Positions 1 to 10,956 of a DNA stretch of 64,000 nucleotides are shown here, piece by piece. Position 1 is the stretch's first letter. Every line of letters starts with the position of its first letter. Origin of the DNA: Amphiscolops sp. MND2022 (Eukaryota); assembly GCA_964187785.1 (NCBI GenBank), contig OZ076409.1, positions 94,366,001 to 94,430,000 on the forward strand. The letters are read 5' to 3'. The position numbers and the translations under genes are program-made. The notes below the pieces were generated by a model, which had not been told where the DNA came from, searched no databases, and saw nothing but the letters and a program-made list of their open reading frames with translations.

Positions 1-106
1 GACATTCATTTCTTTGCTACTGACCGAATTGACCGTATCATTGTCTTCGCTGAAATTAATTGTCAGTACAATGCTTCAAGAAAAATTTTTAAAAGTGGGA
101 CCATGT

Positions 107-540
107 CATCTATTTCCCCCCAAACTGCGGCGGGAGGGGGGAATAAGACACAAGCTTCAATTACCATTATGTCGACATCGTTTGCGTTGAAATTTTGATC
201 AATAAAATGATTGATGTCGACATAATCCTATCCATTACATTGACTGTCAGTTAAAAGTTGCGCATTAGATTTTATAGCGGACAAAATTTGCGTTAAAATA
301 GGGCCTTTTTATACAATTTTAGCTTGCTCCAAACGTAAATTTCTGCTATTTTGGACAATAATATCAAAAAATTATGGTATTTTTTTAACCTGAAGTGTCC
401 AAACAGTTGTAGAGACAATCCTCTAAGCATATACATTCATAAAATATTTTCGTATTAGTGAAATATTTTTATTCAAAAACAAAATGTGCTTTCGTGTTGG
501 GGGGATTCCCAACAAGGTGTACCTGGGAGGGAAATAGATG
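107..540. mobile_element. Putative non-autonomous TIR element (MITE-like)
   Basis: CATCTATTTCCCCCCA (107-122) is the near-exact reverse complement of TGGGAGGGAAATAGATG (524-540). Internal inverted pair ATTATGTCGACATC / GATGTCGACATAAT at ~166-226. No coding capacity and no clear TSD. Confidence 0.4.
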
Positions 541-1062
541 TTATTCAATGGAAAAAACTTCATTATGAACCGAATGTGGGATGTATACGCTGTGAATGAA
601 ACCTAGATTCCTTGAAAACGTGGCCAAAGTAGTTTAAAAAAAAACTGACGAGATTTTCCATTTTTAAAGAGAAAAGCAATGAATTTGTAAAAGCTTTCGA
701 ACTGGCAAGGTTTCTCTCATTCAAACAATTGACTTTTTTCGATGAGCGAAGTCAAAGGTCATTTCCGCATGTTTGTATTTGCAGTACATTCATTCTCTGT
801 GCATACATGCGGTTATGATGCACGACGACTACACAGCCTGTCAAGGGATCGGCCTGCCGTATATGGAAGTTGCCGAGTATTTTCTGTTCGTATCATTTCT
901 ACTCTTTCACTTGAAAATGTTCACCTTGAGTGCTTGGAAAAAGTTCTGAGAACTCTAAGGGCCGAAAAATATCAAAAGAAAGACCTTTTGGTCCCATATA
1001 AAGTTTGCATGATCTGAAAATAACATAAAGGAGTGGAATTTGAGAATTTCCTCCATTGTTGA

Positions 1063-1268
1063 TGTGGAATGTAGAGGTCATAGACTGAACTACTTTAGAC
1101 AGAGAGTTGTTTGAACATATTTGATAACAAACTCTAATTTCTGTCACATTTATGTTACTATACTACTTTACCTAGATCTCATTACATTTGTATACATTGA
1201 TACAGAATAGTCGTAAGAGAACTCTTTGCCACCAACATTGTTTTAAAGTAAACCAAGAGATCTCAACA
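1063..1268 (+). repeat. 5' LTR
   Basis: TGTGGAATG...CTCAACA; direct repeat of 6802-7007. Confidence 0.97.
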
Positions 1269-1282
1269 TGGCGCAGTAAGCA
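1269..1282 (+). promoter_or_regulatory. Primer-binding site, probably tRNA-Ser
   Basis: TGGCGCAGTAAGCA directly follows the LTR. Its reverse complement TGCTTACTGCGCCA resembles eukaryotic tRNA-Ser 3' ends (…TGCTCGCTGCG-CCA). Confidence 0.8.
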
Positions 1283-1346
1283 AGATATTATTTTATCAAA
1301 CCTTCTTATAACACGAAACATTTTTACCAACCAACAATTATCAGAA

Positions 1347-2190
1347 ATGGCCGTGTCAACAAAGATAAAACTACCATACCTAGAAGATACCGGACTCGAC
1401 GGGAAGAAAATATATACACCAAAAGAATGGACCGAAAGATTCCGACACTACATAAAAAGAATCTACAATATAGATATCAAACCGATATTAACCGATGATA
1501 CGGTACCCAACGGTGACCCATGGGACACAAAAGAACCGGAAATCAGACAAGATTTCATCTGGGGCGCCGGACCGTCGGCAATTGAAATCATCACAAAAGG
1601 AGAATTTAACACGGACCCCGACACAATCAAAACCGACAAGCTAATCCAACTATTCCGGGAATACTACATACCCAAAGGAAACACATACCACAGCCGTGGA
1701 GATTTCTTCTGGGCCAAGCAAAAAGACAATGAAACACCCGAGGAACACTGGAAAAAGCTGATAACACTAGGAAAAACATGCGAATTCACAGACATCAAAC
1801 AAGAAGACCTACTCATATCGAAATTTATCACAAGCATAACCGACAAAAAACTTCGAGAAAAACTGATCCGTGAAAAAACCCTCAACCGGAAAATCACCAT
1901 AGAACTCATCACACAAGACAGCTATGACCGCCGACGTAAACAATCAACCATACCACCCGCACTGGTGAAAGACAAAGAAATAAAACAAGAACCGATTCAA
2001 AAAATCCAAACAAAACACCGAGAACAACCAAAACAAAAGAAAAACAACTGTGGATTCTGCGGACAACAAAATTGGACATCCCAACACAACTGCCGGCTAA
2101 AACGGTAAAATGCAATAACTCAGAGAACAGGACACTTCGCCCGGGTATGCCGCACGAAACCAAACAAAACAAAAAGAATCAATTACCTGG
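1347..2190 (+). pseudogene. gag: gag (capsid plus CCHC zinc knuckles, frameshifted near 2095)
   Basis: ATG at 1347 (MAVSTKIKLPY). RGDFFWAKQKDNETPEEHW capsid-like motif. CGFCGQQNWTSQHNC knuckle, then a second decayed knuckle (KCNN...GHFARVC) across frames. Confidence 0.9.
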
Positions 2191-2195
2191 AAGAC

Positions 2196-5100
2196 ATGAC
2201 CTCCGAAGAAGACAACGAAAACAGCGAACCCGAAGAAATACTCCAAATCACACAAATAAACAAAATAACACCGGACAATAACGACCACTACGGTGTTGAA
2301 ATAAAAATAAATGGAAAAAACCAAAAGTTCATCATCGACACCGGTTCTCCGGTTACCATCATGCCAAACAACCCCACACTGTACAACCCAGAGGACATCC
2401 AACTACTAAAAGAGAGATATCAAGACGTAAACAAAAACGAAATCACATTTCTGGGGAAAGTATGGGTAGACACCGAATACAACGGCAAACACACCAAATT
2501 ACCACTCCTAATCACAAAGAGAACCGCTATCACACCCCTACTGGGAGTAAATTGGTTAAAACAATTGCCAATCACCATCAACAAAATCTCATTGGACAAC
2601 AACACCGACCAATCAGAAACAACAAAGATACACACGAAATTCAAGAAACTATTCGAAACAAATCACACTATCAAGAACGCGGAGGTGAAAATAAGATAAA
2701 ACCGGGGTGTTACCCGATACAACAAAAAGCACGACCAATACCGTACCATCTACAAGACGACGTAAAAAACGAATTAGACCGAATAATAAAATCCGGACTT
2801 TTACAAAGATTAGAAACAATCGAAGAAGACTGCTTCGTATCCCCCGTTGTAATTGCGGTAAAAAAGGACAAAACGGTCAAAATCGCACTTGATGCACGGA
2901 AACTCAACGACAGTTGCATAAAGAAAAGACCGCACATGCCAAATATGGACGAACTACTAAACCAAATCTCTTCCGAACTATCAAAAAACGAGCTAGACCC
3001 AATCTGGATATCAGTCATAGATTTGGACTATGCTTATGGACAAATGAAATTATCACCGGAAACAAGCAAACACTGTAATTTTACCATTACGGGAGAGAAA
3101 ATCAACGGATACTACCGATTTCTAAAGGGTTTTTACGGACCAGCCGACATACCCACCATTTTCCAGGAGAAAATAGTCCGAACCCTCGGCCACCAAATAC
3201 GAGTATGGCTGGACGATATAATAATTGCGACACGCGGAACAAAGGAACAACACACACAAAACTTAAAATCAGTCGTAACAAAACTGGAAGACGAAGGCTA
3301 TAAGGCCAGTAAAAAGAAGTTCAATTTTTACCAAAAAGAAACGGTATGGCTGCGACACACCATATCACAAGATGGAATCAGACCGAACAAAGAGAAAACG
3401 GATGCAATCAACAAACTGAACCCACCGACAAACACAAAAACCCTAAAATCATTTTTGGGAGGAATACAATATTTTGTGAAATTCGTACCGAACCTATCCG
3501 AAAAGACGGACAATATGAGACAATTGCTGAAAAAAAGGAGTAAAATGGGAGTGGACAGAAGAACGAAACGCAGATTTCAACAACATGAAAAAAGAACTGA
3601 CAACACAACCATGCCTAGCACACTACAACGGCAACAAAGAAAACATTGTCACAACCGACGCATGTAACACCGGATTACGAATAGCGCTATGGCAACTGCG
3701 AACTGAAAGCAATTGCATATGCTAGCCTCTATCTTAACGACGCAGAAAAAATTACTCCGTCGGTGAATTAGAATTGCTAGCCGTAGTCTGGGGCCTTGAA
3801 CGGTTCAGATTTCACCTATACGGAAAACAGGTTCAATTATTCTCTAACCATCAGGCTCTGGAACCACTATTAAAGAGAAACAAGACCAACAAACAATACA
3901 GTGCCCGACTAACACGGTGGTTAGGCAGACTAAACAAATTCGACATATCACTAAATAACACCGCCGGAAAGGAAATCAAATTCACCGATTTTATTAGTCG
4001 TAACCCAATGGAAACTGCCGAACTGGAAGAAAACTACAAAGACGAATTTGTCATCAACGCCATCGCGCAACTAGCAACGGTAAACGGCAGAATTGGACGG
4101 ATTTTCGACCAATCAGAAAACAGTAACACGGCAAACATGCATGATACGCGCACGCGGACTGGTACGCGCAACAGCAAAACAAACACAAACCATTCCAATT
4201 TGAATTCGACCGCTAATCAGATTAACAACACCATTCACGGCAATCGCAAAACTCACATTGAATTAACAATGGACAATAACAACAACAACCGCCAAATTCC
4301 GGACCGATTTGTTTTAAACGATAAACTTAAATACCACTGGGGAGCCGATGATGAAATCATGAAGATAATCAACAGAAGAGACAACTCACCGGAGACACAA
4401 GAACTAGTAGAGAGAAGAATTGAACTAACAAGACCGGGCCACATGCGACACCATTGGCACAAGAAACTCGAGAGAGAAATACTCCTCCCAAGAAGACCGG
4501 ACGATGTGGACAGAAAAGAAATTAAACGCATTGACATCCGCCTAAGAAGGAAAGAAGAAAACCGAGTCACACACATTGGGGGCGGCTACTTCAAAAACTT
4601 TGGAGACGAAATCCACAAACATCTGGCACACCAACGGAAATCAACCCGGAAACCATAACTACACATAAGCCTGCACCAGACACCGAATCTACGGTTTCCT
4701 CATCACCAGAAGAACCGGTAATAACGGAAGAACCAGGGTCATACCCAGCAATCTCCGTTCAAGATTACCGTGATGGCCCGATCGAAGAGATAGCCGTACA
4801 TTATGTACGTATCAACAAGGTCATCGAGACAAAAGCCCCCAGAAACCGACAACAGGAAGATAACATCAGAGCCACAGAACTCGATTTTATGCTTGACCTG
4901 GAAACACTGATCAAGGAAACGGCAGCGGACCCAGACTTGATCGAAGTCCGGTGCTGCATCGAGGATAATAATACTCAGGCCATCCCAGATGACTACAAAC
5001 AAGTAGCAAAGAAGCTGACCCACCGCTGGGGAATAACAATGGTGGACGACCGAATTATTATTCCCAAGAGTTTACGTTACGCCGCACTCAACGCGCTGCA

Positions 5101-5937
5101 CTTCGGCCACCCAGGAATAAATAAAATGTGCAATGATGCAGTTATTTTCTGGTGGCCAAACATGAGAGCAGACATTGAGAAGTAGGCCAAAACCTGCTCC
5201 GCATGCCTGAATGCCGGTAAGAATTTAAAAACCCAACTACCTAGTACCGAAAAGTCAAAACTTGAACCGCCAAAACACCCAGGAGAAGAAATCCAAATTG
5301 ATTTTACGGGAAATTTGAACAGCAAACATTTAGACTCCTCCCCTTTTATCTTAGTAGCAGTAGATAAAAATAGCCGTTGGCCGGTAGCGAAATTTGTAAA
5401 AACACCAACCACGATACAGTAATAACATTCCTACGGGAATACCTAAACGTATATGGAGTACCGAAGACAATTAAATTGGACAACGGCAGCGCTTTTATCT
5501 CGAAAGAGTATAAAAGTTTTTGCAAAGAATATAATATAATCCGTAAATACGGGACGCCAAATTTGCATACTGGCACGGGATTGGTTGGAAGAACCATCCA
5601 ATCATTGAAGAACCTAACAAAAACAAATTTAGAAGAGACGCAAAATCTACGCGAGAGCTTAAATAAAGCTCTATATGTCCTCCGTTTCACCACACACTCC
5701 GAAATAAAGAAAACCCCGTTCGAACTACACTTCGAGCGAGAACCCGGAACAAAACTATCTAACCTGAAAAATGCTATTTCAGTTAACTCCAAGGACCTAT
5801 CAGTCTACATCACCCGCAATTCGGCTGGCGAGATTACCGACCACTTGGTAATGTCGAAGAAGAAGACAAACGACCCGAAATACCGGAGAGGGATGACCTT
5901 CACCCAAACGCAGAAACCGTCAAATACGGTAAGTTAA
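2196..5937 (+). pseudogene. pol: pol: aspartic protease, RT, RNase H, integrase (multiple frameshifts and stops)
   Basis: Protease IIDTGS. RT motifs KIALDARKLN, IDLDYAYGQM, GFYGPADIP, VWLDDII. RNase H TTDACN...ELLAVVWGLERF. Integrase zinc finger HFGHPG...CSAC, core IQIDF and DNGSAF. Confidence 0.95.
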
Positions 5938-6788
5938 GAAAAAAATACGAACTACCCGCCCGTTTACTTTCTTCGAAAAAACATATACAAAATGCTCACT
6001 CGGAAGCAAATTCAAAAACAAACCATTAATTGCGGTCTCGGGGACCAAACACACGGTAACCACGGACAAGAACAAAATCCTACATAGAAACCTAATATCT
6101 AACCCGATACCCTTTCAGGCTACAACAACACCGACAAAAAGAATCAACACCAGACTGACAGCAATGGCCGAAAAACCAACATGCTCAAAGACGGTGGAAA
6201 ACGCCTGTATATAACGTAGGAAAGAAGCACCGAAACCGGAGAACACAGAGAGCAGCGCGGACTGGCTGAAGAGGAAAGATCAGTCACGCAATGAAAGAGG
6301 CCAGTTCACAAGTCCCGACAAGTCGGTAGGAAAACCGATGGACCTGGACTTGAGCATGGTATCCGACGACGAATTCCAATGCTACAATACCAGCGAAGGA
6401 AAACCCGTCCACGCCAATATAGACGATGAACTGCAATTGCTACCCAAGGAGACTAACCTAACCCCAGAAACAGGTATAAAAACGAATCCATTAATTAATG
6501 AACCACAACAAACGGTGAGAAAGTCGAAAAGAATACCCAATGCAAGACAAACCGAAAAACTAGGCGGTATCCCATATTCCACAAATAACAATAAAAGAAA
6601 AATAAATAGTAGTTATATGTTACAGGAAAACCAAACCAGCCAACCGAGTCAACAGCAAATTGAAGAAAGAAGCAACCGTGAAATACGGACGATTAACCGT
6701 GAAATACGGAAAACAATAGAGCACAAAAACTTCAACCGAATAATTCAGAACCACCATCAATTACTACCACCTGAAACCGAATCCACTC

Positions 6789-6801
6789 GGAGGAGGGGGA
6801 A
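6789..6801 (+). promoter_or_regulatory. Polypurine tract
   Basis: GGAGGAGGGGGAA immediately before the 3' LTR. Confidence 0.9.
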
Positions 6802-7007
6802 TGTGGAATGTGGAGGTCATAGACTGAACTACTTTAGACGGAGAGTTGTTTGAACATATTTGATAACAAACTCTAATTTCTGTCACGTTTATGTTACTAT
6901 ACTACTTTACCTAGATCGCATTACATTTGTATACATTGATACAGAATAGTCGTAAGAGAACTCTTTGCCACCAACATTGTTTTAAAGTAAACCAAGAGAT
7001 CTTAACA
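6802..7007 (+). repeat. 3' LTR
   Basis: TGTGGAATG...CTTAACA followed by the TSD GTTGA. Confidence 0.97.
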
Positions 7008-7023
7008 GTTGATATACTGAAAT

Positions 7024-7537
7024 TATAGTTTTGACACCGCTAATCAGCGAATTTTTTTCAGCGCAGAATTTAAAGTGATTTTATCAGTGATTCAAATTAT
7101 CGGCAACCAATAGGTTGTCCAAGTTCAATATTTCCTCGAAAAATACACGGAGTTTCGAAATGGATTTCGAAAAATGCCAACTCTTACCCTTGTAAAACCT
7201 ACATAGAGTGAAAAATTCTAGTCGTTTCGTGCAAAAAAACTAAATTAAATGATCATTTAATTTTTAAAACAAATTTGAAGTCAAACGTTTAGTAGTTTGA
7301 AGAAAAAGTATTTCAGTGAAATAGCGTTCCAAAATGGATTTCAAAAAATACCAACTCTTACACTTGTAAAACTCGCACGTTATAAGTAGTTTTCTTGCGA
7401 AAATTGAATTAAGTCATCATTGGATTTTCAAACATACTTGAATTTAAACATTTAATAGATTGAAGTAAAAGTTTTTCAGGGAAATAGCGATTTCGGTTTA
7501 TCGATTAGCAAAAAAAATTAGCGATGTCAAAACTCTG
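7024..7537. mobile_element. MITE with ~18-21 bp TIR (CAG-type, hAT-like) and an internal ~175-bp diverged tandem repeat
   Basis: AGTTTTGACACCGCTAAT (7027-7044) versus ATTAGCGATGTCAAAACT (7517-7534). The block AAATGGATTTC.AAAAAT.CCAACTCTTAC.CTTGTAAAAC occurs at ~7158 and ~7332. Confidence 0.6.
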
Positions 7538-8145
7538 CGTTTAATATACATTTGATGGATTCGTTAAATTATCCAATAATTGGAGGATTGAAACTCATTT
7601 GAGCAATTCATTTGAATTTTCCTTAATTGTCCTGCATAGCTGTTTCTTTTGAATAAACGTGAATGTGATTACAGATTGTGACCAAAATGTTGGGCAAGAC
7701 TTGAGAACTTCCCGGCTTGTTTGTGACCGCTGCGATCTCAAACAGCTGAATAAAATGTGACATTTTTAAAACCTTTGAAATTTTTTTGAAGGGTAGTTTT
7801 TGAATGAAATTTACTAATCAAAAGTTTCTGAAAATCAGAATCTGATCAAAACAGTCTTTTGGTTGTGTGCCCTTGAAACAGCTAGTGTTTCAGTGACCTT
7901 GAAAACTATTACGAGAAGCACAGAGGCTATGACATCAATCATCGGCCAGCCTGTAAACTGATAAATACGATAGCGACCGATATCGAGAAAATCACCAGAA
8001 GAAGATGCGATGGAAGTGAATGCTCTCCTATCTCGAAAGGGGATGCAATTCCCGCGGGGTTGCGACATATCTTGAGAGTCGGACACGCCGAGACATTGAT
8101 GCCCGTTCTTGCTTCTTTCAATATTGTGCCTACAAGTATGTTCAT

Positions 8146-8524
8146 TTTTAGTCGGCGCTTTTCTAGGGAAAAGTGCCCGACTCTTACAGTGGCTAGTTTT
8201 TTTTTCTCGTCAGACTACAATCTCACTCTGATTGCACAACCGGACGAGACTAAAGGGTCCCCCTTTCGATTTTTTTTCGGCATTGTGCGACTTTTTTTCG
8301 AAAAATTTTTAATGTCTCAAAAGAGTTCCCCTTTCGAGTTTTTTGATATTTTGCAACCGAATATATGTCAATAAAGCCCAAAGGGTCCCCCTTTTTCATT
8401 TTTCGGCACTATGCGACATTTTCTCAAAGAAAAAATTCAAAAATTTCAAGTTTTTTTTCAAAAAAAAGTTTTGCGCTTTTTGAGCCTTATATATAGCGCC
8501 GACTTTAGACGTTCCCGTCTTGTT
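8146..8524 (-). mobile_element. Helentron/DINE-1-like non-autonomous repeat, copy 1
   Basis: Reverse-orientation homologue of 10451-10820. Begins AACAAGACGGGAACG on the minus strand, with subterminal inverted AGTCGGCGC/GCGCCGACT motifs and T-run flanks. Confidence 0.6.
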
Positions 8525-8955
8525 TTGCTGTTGATCACTTCACAACGCCGAAAAATAACTAATGGACCAGATTTTGGATCTGAAAGCGGTTTACCGAAAT
8601 TGATCATTTCCTCTTCAGCCGAATCTTGCAATCTTTTTATTTTATTGTCTTGTCAAGTTTTGACAATGTTTTTTTTGTGATTCAACCCGTAATATGCGGT
8701 TTGCTGAAAAAAATTGTCAATAAATTTTCGAAAATGTTTGTGTTGCACAAGTTTGAAATGCAAGTTAAGAACCAAACAAGTTTTACCGAACCTTTGGTCA
8801 TGGACTTGAATTATTTCAGTGAGACTTTAAGAGAATTCTTTCACCGCTGTTTTCTAGCATTTTCAGTAGTTGCAAATCATTCATTTCGCAATAATTAGTA
8901 GATGTCGTAGAACCACTGATCGGACCAGGTCTGGATATTCGGGCCCTGTTCCAAC

Positions 8956-9307
8956 CAGTGTATTGTCGTATACTGACTTTTTCTTATAACGTGTAATCGT
9001 ATAATCGAAGGTTTCGTATAACATGTAATTCGTATAATTCGCCTCTTATATCGTATAAAGGCATGGAGCGCAATTTTTGGATCATTTTCTATCGGAAAGT
9101 GTTGATTGCTTCAGGAAAGGCGATTGCAAGACTCTCCTCTCTGTTTCCCGTATAGCCCGTTTGGCAAAATCGACGCAAAAAGACTGAAAAGCGATTCTCC
9201 GTATAACTCGTATAGTAATGGCGTCTTCGTATAACATTTAATTCCTATAGATAATTGTGGATTTCGTATAACTTTTCGTATAATCGTATATCGTGTACCA
9301 TACACTG
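8956..9307. mobile_element. hAT-type MITE with 8-bp TSD
   Basis: Termini CAGTGTAT...ATACACTG. Flanks GTTCCAAC (8948-8955) and GTTTCAAC (9308-9315) match 7/8. Many subterminal TCGTATAA motifs. Confidence 0.75.
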
Positions 9308-10092
9308 GTTTCAACTTTTGTTGTCTGAGTTTTTTGTCTCGAAGTTTGTGGCTGTTGAGTTTTGTTTTTGTTAGAACCTCTGACTGCCGATGGGTACTCG
9401 CCTTTTCGACCATTCCACGGCGGACAACTCACTCCGATGGCTGCCAACCTCGCCTTCGTTACATATCAGTGTCCTAACAACCGATATCCCTTCGACGGTA
9501 TTTCGTCATCTGGTCATGTCTCCAGCTCACGGTTGGTACTCACTTAGGGATTTTTGGAACTTTTTGAAGTGTTGGGAATTTTTTGAAGTCTTATTTGGGT
9601 CACAGTTGACTTGAATCGAGTATTCATTATTATCACAATTCAGGCCTTGTTGAAAGGTAACTTTGATCAAACGCAGAAATGAATGAAGAAAGAATTGAGA
9701 ACTATATCGTAATATACTAGGCAACAACAAATGTTTGGATGATTTATATGTAGATATAGTATTGTCAAAGAAATACCTCTGAATGCAAAGTATCAAACGG
9801 TTCCTTACCTAGTATTTTTCATTCAAAAAATCTTTAAAAAAATTTTAAAAAATTTTTTGACATTCCTCATATTTCTGTTTTGATGTTATAAATTACTGTT
9901 ATCAGGCTTCCGTTAAGCGGGCATATGCCTTTGGAAGTCTGTTCTGTTATTAGATGACGGTATGTGATTTGTATTAGCTTTGTGTTTCTTGTCATTTAAT
10001 AGCAGATAAATTCAAATTATTATTATTATTGACAAGTGTTGGTAAACAAGACGGTGCTAAGCACCGGGATATTTTCCGCCAAAAATGTAACG

Positions 10093-10160
10093 CATCGGCA
10101 CGGGTTCGAACCCCCCACCTCGTGTCTGCCAGGTAGACGCACTACCAACTGAGCCAAAGT
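10093..10160 (-). repeat. tRNA-derived sequence (SINE head or tRNA pseudogene)
   Basis: Minus strand has A-box TGGCTCAGTTGG and B-box GGTTCGAACCC at tRNA spacing. Acceptor and anticodon stems are not convincingly paired. Confidence 0.65.
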
Positions 10161-10450
10161 AACTAAATTAGGTACTAACTGAACTGAGTGGAGATCGTGA
10201 AGATTCTGCAGAATTGGTTAAAAAACGCAACACAGATTATGATTCTCCCCCCCCCCATTCACAAATAAATTTGTGGGGGCGGAAAATAATAATAATGTGG
10301 AACGCACATATTGTCTGTCCAGCGCCATAGTGTCTCTATCATTTATCAATGTCATTCTACTAAACTCCCCGTTTTTAGACAAAACGTGGGGTTAGATTTT
10401 AAAATCAACAAGACGCCCGCTAAACAACGGGATATTTTCCGCTTGTCAAA

Positions 10451-10820
10451 AACAAGCCGGGAACGGCCCAAGTCGGCGCCATATCCAAGGCTCAAAAATA
10501 GCAAAAGGACTTCAAATTTCCAAGTATTGGTGAATTGGGAACACTTTTACGAAAAAAAATTTTTCGAAAAAAGTCCCACAATGCCGAAAAAACTGAAAGG
10601 GAGGACCCTTTGGTCTCGTCCGGTATTGTATGTTACGCGGGAAACCTTTTTGGTTCAGTTCCGTGGGCCACCAGGTACATTTTGGCGTCTTCTGTAAATT
10701 TTGTAGAACTTTTGGTAGAACTATTTTGGTCAGTTCAGGTCTATTTTGGTCTTTAAAAAAACACTGACGAAAAGCCATGACTATAGTCGACTCTTTTCTT
10801 GAGAAAAGCGCCGACTAAAA
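10451..10820 (+). mobile_element. Helentron/DINE-1-like non-autonomous repeat, copy 2
   Basis: AACAAGCCGGGAACGGCCCAAGTCGGCGCC...GAAAAGCGCCGACTAAAA. Shares internal blocks (CACAATGCCGAAAAAA..GAAAGGG.GGACCCTTT.GTCTCGTCCGG) with 8146-8524. Confidence 0.6.
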
Positions 10821-10821
10821 A

Positions 10822-10890
10822 TCAGGCAGAGGTGAGATTCGAACCCAAAACCTACTGATTGATAGGCGGGTGAACTACCAATTGAGTATT
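10822..10890 (-). repeat. tRNA-derived sequence (SINE head or tRNA pseudogene)
   Basis: Minus strand reads ACTCAATTGGTAG (A-box-like) ... GGTTCGAATCTC (B-box). Confidence 0.55.
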
Positions 10891-10956
10891 ATCACGTATT
10901 CATTTCGGATTACATGAAAGTAAATTGATAGTGTTTTTCTAGTTTCAGATTTGCTT

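Larger units (their letters stand above)
1063..7007 (+). mobile_element. Full-length Ty3/gypsy LTR retrotransposon, inactivated by frameshifts and stops
   Basis: Two 206-bp TG...CA LTRs (5 mismatches), perfect 5-bp TSD GTTGA (1058-1062, 7008-7012), PBS, PPT, and domain order gag-PR-RT-RH-IN. Confidence 0.97.

Noticed and set aside
1188..1346. N-terminal gag extension starting in the LTR
   Set aside because: The ORF-track start is a non-ATG codon inside the LTR; the first ATG is at 1347.
1664..6591. Antisense ORFs within the first gypsy element
   Set aside because: Expected by-products of strand composition opposite long coding frames; no motifs.
7860..8130. Cation-diffusion-facilitator-like TM exon (FTGWPMIDVIASVLL) on the minus strand
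   Set aside because: Short, split across frames, and no other exons were found; cannot be supported without a search.
10093..10890. Functional tRNA genes
   Set aside because: A/B boxes are present but cloverleaf stems are poorly paired, and both lie among repeats.
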